Below are positions 53,989-64,000 of a DNA stretch of 64,000 nucleotides, piece after piece. The DNA comes from Mobula hypostoma (lineage: Eukaryota). The notes below the pieces were generated by a model that was not told the DNA's origin, ran no database searches, and worked only from the letters and a program-made list of their open reading frames with translations. The translations under genes were made by a program, and so were the position numbers. Each line of letters starts with the position of its first letter. Position 1 is the stretch's first letter. The stretch covers positions 12,400,001-12,464,000 of the forward strand of contig NC_086115.1 of assembly GCF_963921235.1 (NCBI RefSeq). The letters run 5' to 3'.

Positions 53989-54369
53989 TAAATACTAGAA
54001 GTCTGAAAAAATGCTTGAAATGGGTTAGGCAGTATCTATAGAGAGAAAAGCTCCTGATGTTAATTCTCCATTGATGCAGCCTGCCCTTCGGCACACAGCC
54101 AGTGTCTTCTGGGCCCTCAGGCAAAGTAAGGTTGAAGACTGCCTCCTGAAGTTGATTGTGTAAAGAACTCAAGCATAGGAACACTTAAATACAAGAGATT
54201 CAGCTGATGCTGGAAATCCAGAGCAATACACACAAAGTGCCGGAAGAACTCCACAGGTCATGCAGCACCTGTAGAGATGTATAAACTGTTGATGTTTTGG
54301 GCTGAAATCCTTCATCAGTACTAATAGAAGCATACTTGTGATTAATCTCTTGTGTTGTTTCCAATCTGA

Positions 54370-54564
<195 letters not shown>

Positions 54565-57500
54565 CATGGCCGAATATAGGGAGAGAAACCCTGTTACATG
54601 CACTGATTGACGGTCCCGATAATTCGCATCTCCTCTGCTCTTTGCTGATGAGGACTCAGTGGACTCACTTCACGTGTGGAGAGCGAGAGAGGTCAGCTTT
54701 GTCTGTTGTCCTATGTATGACCATTGCACAAGATGCCACTACATCTCTAAGGAATGGTGAATGAAGGGGATTCTTCTGGGCAATTTGCACTTAATTCAAG
54801 CACCCTTCCCTGAAATTATCCATTGTTCCTCAATTCCTCTGATGGCTCAGATGCTTGGATACCACTGGACTCTGTAATGCTGCTTCTGTTGAGCTAATTT
54901 ATGATGTTTTGGGCACAGAATTCTGTTGGTCTGTCTTATCTCTGCCCTTTTCACTGAGCCCCAAAACTGAAAGTTTTTTCTGCACTAAAATGATATTGGT
55001 TCAAATTGCAACCTAGTGCACTTCATGATGAAATAGGTTCAAGCTAGAGCTGGAATAATCTGCAATCATGGTCCATCCCATTCCACTTTGCAGTGTATTT
55101 CTGCTTTTACAGAGGAAAGTGCATGTAGGATAAAGGAGAGCTGCGGATACAAGAAGTGATCATGCTGTACTTGTGAAGAAAATCTGTCATCAACCTCTGT
55201 TCAGCTGGCGTGTGGGAAGGTAGCTGCACAATCACTTAATCTCTCCACCCGCTTGCAACAATCTGAATCCCAGCCAGGTTAAAATGTTTCTCAGTGCTGG
55301 GTTTGGAACCCTTTGGCCTTAAATCTACAGCATGAGTTAGCGGTTCTATAGATAAAAATTGCACCCATGGCACCCTCCTCTTGCCCTCTTCCCCGACCTT
55401 CTATTTTATTACATTGTACATGTCCTATCAGGGGAAGGGATGTGCATGTAAAATGGTATTCAGTCTACATAGTTTGATTGTGATCAAGGAGTAATCTAAC
55501 TGTAATCAGAAGCTAATATAGCATGTATATATTATACATATATATATAAAAGCCAAAATAATGGTTAATGCAAAAACTTTGCACAAGGGTCCTGTAACTG
55601 CCCACTGTTTCTAGTGCACCACCTCTTGGCTTTAGTGGTTTTTATCTTGCTGTGACTGAAGTATGCTCAGCAGATTCCTATTCAGGTGGCAAATATTCCT
55701 CTTTGCCAATCTTTCTGCCTAACAGGATGCTTTTTTCTTTTGCTTTTCCAAACTTCAGTTTACTTTTTGGAGCACTGATGCCAGAGCAAGAGGAGGCGAT
55801 TCAGATCTTTTAAATTGTCAGCTCTTTGGGTGCCCAGGTGCTGGATTGTGGAGATCAGTGTCCTTTTCTTCATTTTCCCTCTCTCCCTGCCTTCTAGTTG
55901 GGTAGGAGGTGAGGGGGGTGGAGTAGATGGGATTGCCAGATATTGAGCAGAGGGGATGTCGACTGTATTTGAAGAGAAGTGATGTTCTATTTAGGTAATC
56001 TGATGGTCTCTTTGTTTAAGTAATCTGTTCCTCTTGCTTGGTCAGCTTCCTCATCCCTCTGCTTGTCACAGACAGCAAGGTTTAAAGACTCTAATATTCT
56101 GTGTCATTGTAACCATGAAATGATCACTGCACAAGAGGAGATAATGACCTTGATATTTTTTAAATGGTTAACGTGAGAAACAAGCTGCTTGGGCATTGTT
56201 TGAATTATGGACACATCCTTGTAGCTAGACTCTTTTCTGGTTTGATTGAAAAACTGGCTTACCTGTATCCAATATATTTAAACAACAATTGAAATGGTGC
56301 CCATACCCTACATTCCTCTTGTGGTGAACCAGAAGTACTCCGATTCCAGGGAGGCATATTTACCTTGTTGCCCTTAACATCACCCATTCCTGACTTGGAG
56401 AGGGAGTATGAGGGAAAGAAATGGTATCTGTGATAGCCTTTGTCAGATTCAGGATTGAGACATACATATTAAAGCTGCTGCGGTCTATACAGTTATTTCA
56501 GGAGTTGCAACTGGTCTGGAATGTATGCTTCCCTCGTCCAGTGATTATTAACACTCAATCCCGCATCATTACAGAACCCACTCCCTAATTATTATTGAGA
56601 AAGGATGGGGCCAGGTATGTGATGTACTTTCTAAATTTGCATTGATAGTGAACTTCAGTCGAGGTTGAAGGCAGGTAGTCAACATTTGAAAGCTTTTCTG
56701 TTTTTTGAAATGTTTTGTCAGCCACGTTTAAAGAAATATTCTATTAAAGTGAGGCAGTCACGAAAGTTGTAGGGCAAACTATACACTCCTTTTCCATTGT
56801 CATTGGCTACTTTAAATATTAGGGCTGCATTGATGTAGCAATTACGTTACCTCCTTATTGTAGGGCCTAGTGTGTTGCTCAGTGAGAATATGTAGTATAC
56901 CTTTCACTCAGAGTAGACCTAATTAACGTGGGAACACAAGTCGTCTTTGCATATTACCCAATCCTTTTTGTCTTTGTCAGTGAAAAACGAACCTCCTTTA
57001 ATTTGATGTGGCCACATGAATACTTTAAGGAAGAAAAACTATGCAATAGATGAGTGGGATTTTCATAATGTACCAGCTTTTTTTGTCGGTGATACAAGCT
57101 TTTCCATCCCATCTCTCCCAGCCTTTCCACATTAAAGGTGAAAGGGAATGTGGGTGTTCATTTTTTTTTTTGTTTATCAAAGGAGGCTGTTGGAGATGGG
57201 AGAACCAAAACCGGTGCAGTTAGTGATTTGGACCATCTGCTCTGAAATTTAATTTAGTAAAATTGAAGAAGTGAATGGTTTATTCCTGGTTGCCCCTAAC
57301 TGAAAACATACTTGGAATTGGGAGAGGCAGTGGAGAGTTCTGGTTATTAAGTCACAACTGTTGATTTGGCCATAGCCTGGTATCTTACCCTGGTTTTCAG
57401 TAGTGTCATTTTGAATTTAGTCAAGTAGTCTGAGTCTCTGTCATGCTGTATGTCAAGATTTTATTTTAGTTTATAAATCTTTAAACGGTAACATATGTCC

Positions 57501-60500
57501 TGTCTGACTTGTTTAGCTTCAAATTTTCAATGTTTTGGCCAAGTTGTCTGTCCATTTACTGGGTGATCTTGTTTTACACTCTGGCTGAGTTAGCAACAAA
57601 ACTTCACTAAAGAATTTCTAAAAATTTCCTTGTACAACCACTTAATGTGAACAAAGTATGCAGTGATATGTTTTATTTTCATGAACTCTAGACAGATTTT
57701 CAGGCAACACAGGACTCAAAGAGTGTCTTAGTTGCAAATGACTGGGTATTATGTATATTCTGGTCACTAATGTTTGAGCAGTAATCTGCTCAAAATGGAC
57801 TAGCTAGCTATTGAGGGGTGGGATTCTGTGTCTAGCACCTTGCAAAATAAGTGAACACATTGGGTGATAGTGAAGAAAGATGAGGTGAAGTGCACGGTTT
57901 TTTGCTTCACTCCTGGGCTGATATTTGAAACATTGTTGGAATAAATCTTCAAAGTACATTACACAATTTTGAATCTAGTAGGCATTACTTTAAAGCGTTA
58001 TAGTGAAGATGACGAATTTAAATTAGTCAGCATTCTTTTAAGAATTAAACTTCATCTGATCATTTTGTGACTCTCTCTCCCAGTGAGATGGAGAATATGC
58101 ATAATCTAGAACACTGATAATGGATGGTCACACGCATACTCAGTCTGGTTTAACTTTCCTTGGGTGTTTAAGCCTAACACACATTTGGTCTGTCTTTTAA
58201 ATTATTGCTTGGGTTTAATACTTGCCAATCTCTGGAGTAACTTTTAGTAATTCTGTATGGAAATCCTATGTGAGCAAGTCTTTAATGGGTGCATGTGTTA
58301 ATGGTGGAGATGACTGAATACAGTAAAACTGCATTCTAGTCCAGTTAGGACTGATTTTAAAATGATTACCCCATGGGTCTTTTTGCTTGCATTAGCTGAA
58401 TTCGCAGCCTTATTGAACCTTTGTGGGGTGAGGATAGAGAATGGAAAATAAAGTTAGGAAATCTTTGAGTGATTTTAGTTTTAATTTTGTAATGGGACAT
58501 TGAACTTATAATATAACCATGGCTGATCTAATGGGAGAGATGTCCTGGTGTGTACATTTCCTTTTTCCCATCACAGCCATTTTCCTGGAAGGTATATGTA
58601 CTTAAACTTCAGTCTTGTACCCTTCAGAGAAAAATAGATTGTCAATTTAGTGATTTTAGATGCAGGGTGGCGCTTAGATAGAATTCTTGTGGTTACCACT
58701 CTACAGAGATAGGAGCAAAATGTAATGGGAAGTACCTCAAGCTGTGCAACTTGAAGTCTCATTAGTTCTGTGTAACTTCTGATGCCCTTCCCTCCCTCTT
58801 AATGTCCCCCTTTTCATAATGTGCAGCTTGTTTCAAAGAGTATATCGTACTGATCCTCACTACAGCTGACCATGTTTTGGAGCAATCATTTCTGCCGATA
58901 TTTACGTTCCTTTCCTCTTCCCCAGGTGTCTCTCACCTCTCCCAGTAGAATGTGCTTAAAATCTGTGTTTTCAAGCAAAAAAAACTTCTCTTTAAAGTGG
59001 CAGATTTTATGATGTACCAATTCCCCCCACCCCAAAAAAAAACAGCTTTAAATCTCTCTACAAATCTTCGTGTGACTCATTTGGGACAACACCCACAGAT
59101 TCTTGTCCTTTACATTTAAGAGGGAGGTATCCATTTTTATCCCTTTAACTGTGTCTAAATATTATATGCATTTGATTTATCAGTCCTCAATATGTATATT
59201 CATTACTTTTGGATGAATACAGTTCTTATCTCTGCCACCTTCCACATCCTCCTTTCTGCATTCTAAGTGGAGTACACTGAAAATGGTTGTTTGAATACTT
59301 ATCCATGTGGATTAACCCTCTAAAAGTCCCATGCATTTTCTGGTCTCACCACATGCTCTCTTATGCAAAATAGTTTGGGGTGGGCAATCAGCTGTTGATG
59401 TGTCTTCCCAAATAAGTAGCCACTTTGCTTAATGATCCAGCATTTGGTTAGTCACATGTTTCTGTTAGTATATTAATCAAAAGCTACATGTACACTGTTT
59501 TGTTCCACCTTACCCTTGTCTTCTCAGATGCAGATTTGAACCTGTTCCAGGATGGCTTGTATTTTGCTCTAGTCCTAAATGTGTGCTGCAGTTTCACAGC
59601 TTGTAGAACTTTATGACCCCTTATTATCAGGTTCTTGCCCTCTGATAGAGATATGGATGTGAGAGCTTGATTCTCCAATTCCTAATATTTGTTGAGGGTA
59701 AATTGTGCCCCCTGATATGGGGGGGGGGTTGGGGTAGGTGCTTAGTGATTTCAATCCTGTCATTGTTATCTCCCATGGCAACCATCAAGAACTCCACGGT
59801 CAAAATGAATCTGGAGTCAGATCCATCAGAATACTTTGCCATTTTGTAAAACCGGTGCGTTTCCATTTCAACAGCTTTTGATTTGTTTGTTTCCTTTTGC
59901 ATATAAAGGTTCTGGTGATGGTAAATGTAAGAATTGGAACAATTCTCTTCATTTAATTTGTTGTCTGGCTCCTTTCCAATATTTTGCTCACTTAGCCAGC
60001 TAACACACAATTTGCAATTTCACCGGTGCCTATTTTAATGAGATTTCTTTCAGGTTTGCAGACGAATATATTTAAAATTACCTTGGAGAATTTTTTTGCA
60101 GGTTAGATTTTATTTGAGTCATTCTATATATAGTGTTGGAATGCAGTTAAATATGAATCCTGCTGCAGATAATAGTTGTGCCATTTGGGGAATGAAGTGT
60201 ATTTTTATCCTGCTTGGATGCAAACTTCTGTAGAAAATTCCTTTAACCACCTAACGATCTCACAAGCTATCTGTTAACTATTATGCAAGTCTCTGAACGC
60301 AGTCTTCAATTGTCCATTATGTGGGTGGGGGGGGGGATCTATGATAGAGGTACTGCTCTAGTATTCATTATGCCTTAAGATATGGAATTTATTTTTTTAA
60401 AAGATTATTTAAACTGCATTATCTAAAGTATATGTGTGGCACTATGGTGTGTACCTGCTGAAAGGGGTGGTCTGCTGTGAATGGGGCTCTCGAGATGACT

Positions 60501-61050
60501 ACTAATACCATCAGTGTATAACTGCTTCTCCTTATCAATCCACTCAATAGGCCATTCTTAATTTCTGCACTTCCTTCGGAAGTTCAGGAAAGGAGCTAGA
60601 ACTTTGTCTTAAATAGGTAGGTTGAGGTTGTACCTCAGCTTTTTATTTCTGTACCCATCGTTTAATGAAGAGATTTTGAAATTGATACCTATCCAACGTG
60701 CTTAGATTGTTGGCTCCCTTTCCAATCAGTCTTGCTTATCTCTCCTGTCAGGGAGCTTAAGTTACTTGTGAGTGGCATCATGACAGTTTAAAAGCTGCTT
60801 TCAGCACCAGTGGAGTGGAAAGACAAAATTTTCACTATGTTTCAAGTTGCCAGCAGGGGTTGCCAAGTGTGGTGTAACACTATTCGACTGTATCGGACCA
60901 TTACTTATCAGAGAAACCGTTAATGATTAATACTCTGCCAGTTTAAACTGCTTTAATTTTTTTGCTTGATACTGAATCTGTAATGTATTGTTCTGATAAA
61001 GCACTGTATACTCTAATCTATTTAAATATATAAAACAAGAACCAAATAAT
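54565..61050 (+). other. Probable long PI4K2A 3' UTR
   Basis: Unique, T-rich sequence after the stop with no recognisable repeats. AATAAA at 57940 and 58447, and GATAAA at 60995 just before repeats resume. Confidence 0.55.
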
Positions 61051-63788
61051 CATTTTCTGCAAGTATAAATCTGCCAAACTACTGTTTAGCATTTGATAAA
61101 TTTTCTAACATGACCTGTTTCAGCGCTCTGTTTATATTATTTATAATGTTTAATGATATGATTTGGGGTGATTGAGGGGGAAAATATGGGACCCAGTCCA
61201 GAGTGGTTAGATAAGCACGTGGATGAAAGAAAAATGAAGGGCTGTGTAGGAAGAAAGGGTTAGATTGAGTAGGTTTAAAGGTCAGCACAACATCATGAGC
61301 TGAAGGGCTGTATTGTGCTATGTTCTATGGTTTTTGAGCCCATTGTTGGGGTGATGGCCTTGCTCCATCACACCAGAGCCCTTGACAAGATTGGAGCCAA
61401 TCCTGGGCAAACCATGATCAATTATCACCTTGAGATAGAGAGGCTTGTGTGTTCCTGAGATATCAGGAGCGATGCCATCTGCAGTTTAGTCATCTGATGC
61501 ATAGCTCTGGTAGGGAGAAAGGTGGAGGTTCCAGACAAAGAGTGATCAAACCGAGACTTTAACAGTGGAGCTGGTGGAAGATGATGGCACATCACAATGT
61601 GGTATAGGCAGAGGAGGGCTGCAGCAGCGAAGGGTCCCCTGTCATCTCGCATTCTATGCCACTGAACCCTGACCCCGACCCCGATATGTCAAGGACTATG
61701 TAGTGGCTGACCGTGCATCAGCCTCCCAATGTTAAAGTCATACATGGGCATTCTTCACTAGGGCACCAATAGACAACCTCTTAGGAGCACATCTTACTCA
61801 ACTCAAATGATCACACTACTCCTGCTTAATTGTTGTTAACCTCAAACACTGCCAATCTTAGATTCTTGTCCAGAAGTGCAGGATATGTTAGCAGATCCTG
61901 AAGTATTGCACAGCTCTGAGGAACAAATGACTGATCCTTTCCCGTTAGCTCTTACTTATTCCTACCAGATTTGTGTCGACAGCAGATCTGGACACATTGT
62001 GCTTGGTTTTCTCTAAACTATTGATCCCATCTCAGCAAGTTCTAGACCCCCATCACTATGGGTGAGGGAGAAATGCTCTATCTCTCTTACTTACTCTGTC
62101 AGCCTCCCTTGTCCCCATAATTGTATACATACTAATTAAATGGCTCCTTTGCTTCAACTTCATCCTTTCCAATTTTTGTTCAAAATTGCAAATTTTCCTG
62201 TTCTGGCAACATCCTTATAAACCTCATCTGCATCCTCCCAACTTCCCTGTAATGTCCTGACTAGAACTATTAGTAGTAATTGTGTATAGTGAATAGTAGT
62301 ACTTGGTTAGCATGGATGAGTTGGGCTGCAGGACCGGTTTCCATGCTGAATAATAGACTACTCAAGCTCTATTCAGTCCTCTCATAGACGTTGCTTGTCA
62401 TGGTTTGTTCTGTGCCTTGACAAATATAAACAGAACATCTATATGCCCTATTTAACCACCACTTTGACCTGTACTACCACTAAGGATTAGTGGAAGCAGA
62501 TCCCAATATTCTTTTTCTTCACTTTTCAATCCCAGGAGTGGTGGTAGAAGGAAATATAGAGAGGTCATTTAAGAAACTCTTTAAAAAGACATGGATGATT
62601 GAAAATGGAGGTCTATGTGGGAGGGAAGGTTTAGGTTGATGTTAAGAGTAGGTTAAAAGGTTGGCACAACATCGTGGGCTGAAGGGCCTGTACTGTGCTG
62701 TAATGTTTGGTTCCATGATATTTATTGTGTATTACCCCAGGTTTTTTAAAGATTGTTTCATTTGCCATTTTTATGCCCAGCAGAGTAGACCAGCTACACT
62801 TTCTTGCAGTATAAAGTTTAAAAATATATGCCACAGTAACCACACAGCCAAGTTTATATCACTGCGAATTAATCTAACATTTCTCTTTTACTTCGAAGTC
62901 ATATTGTACTGAACTCTGTACAATATATAATTGAAATAATCTCAGAGTTACTAAAGCTGCAGAGCTAACTTTGGATCCAATTTGATGCTTTCCCATGATT
63001 CCAGCGGGCTGTTACTTTGACCAGTCTCTAATTTTGGAACTTGTCAAATATTCTGCTGATGTCCATGTGGGCCATGTCAAACACACTGCCATCATGAATT
63101 ATTGTTGCCTCAAAGAAAAACAAAACCCATTACAAATCGATTGCTGCTCTAAACGCCAGTGGCGTAACAGGCAGTAACTAACTAACTTATAAATCCATGA
63201 TTAATTGCTGCCCTTCTAAATGAAGATTTATCCCATCCATACCAACATAGATACAAATGCAAAGAAGGTTATTTTTCAATAGGAGCTTGAGGAGATTTGG
63301 TGTGTCACCAAAGACTAACATATTTCTATTAATGTACCATTGAGAGCATTCTAACTAATTGCATCACAGTCTGGTATTGAGGTGCCATTTATTAGGATTG
63401 GAAGAAGCTGCGGAGAATTGTAAACACAGCCGGCACTAGCATCACCACCATCAATGAAACCTTCAAATCAGCACTTCAAAAAGGCAGCATCCATTATTAA
63501 GGAACTCCACCACTTGGGATATGCCCTCTTCACACTGCTACCGTCAAGGAGGAGGTACAGGAGCCTGAAGGTGCACACTCAACATTGTAGAAATAGCCTC
63601 TCCTTGTCCTGATAAAGGGCTTCTGCTGGAAACATTGGCTCCTTACTCCACTCCACAGATGCTGCCTGACCTGTTGAGTTCCTCCAGCATTGTGTGTTCT
63701 CCTCCTCTGCCATCAGATTTCTGAATGGTCCATGGACACTACCTCACTATTTTGTTCTCTTTTTGCATGACTTAGTTTTTTTTTATAT

Positions 63789-63992
63789 AAACGCAAGAAA
63801 TTCTGCAGATGCTGGAAATCCAAAGCAACACTCACAAAATTCTGGAGGAGCTCAGCACATTGTGCAGCATCTATGGAAATGAATAAACAGTTGTTGTTTT
63901 GGGACAAGACAGTTCGCACTAAAACGTCAACTATTTATTTCTATTGATGTTGCTTGACTTGCTGAGTTCCTCCAGCATTTTGTGTGTGTTGC
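63789..63992. mobile_element. Mini palindromic Penelope-derived element
   Basis: Same architecture: tail plus gcaacac... on the left; right arm ends ...gtgttgc. Confidence 0.7.
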
Positions 63993-64000
63993 TATTTTTA

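Noticed and set aside
59627-60010. 127-aa minus-strand ORF in the PI4K2A 3' region
   Set aside because: No recognisable domain, non-ATG start and no splice support.
62720-63240. 3' end of a convergent gene (AATAAA on the minus strand at 62721-62726)
   Set aside because: The signal abuts a LINE tail and no coding exon is visible; support is insufficient.

Overview
Vertebrate genomic DNA. The repeat families suggest a cartilaginous fish, probably a ray; this is an inference. Two spliced genes lie head-to-head about 1.6 kb apart. (i) On the minus strand is a divergent CDC25-family phosphatase, possibly cdc25d. It starts at 26593; at least 9 exons can be traced down to 393, and the catalytic HCX5R exon lies beyond the left edge. 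(ii) On the plus strand is a complete 9-exon PI4K2A (CDS 28161-54564, 462 aa), followed by a ~6.5 kb repeat-free stretch that is probably a long 3' UTR. The introns are dense with mobile DNA: Rex/Babar- and CR1-type LINE fragments, tRNA-derived SINEs, Tc1 and Tigger relics, two solo LTRs, an ORF1-only 'half-L1' with TSDs, and a dispersed 67-bp minisatellite. The most striking system is a Penelope-like (GIY-YIG) retroelement family whose 3' end carries a minimal hammerhead ribozyme. It is inserted as TSD-bounded asymmetric palindromes: two of ~1.5 kb and several ~200-bp MITE-like ones. Where the ends are well preserved, a ~35-nt tail is present on one arm only.
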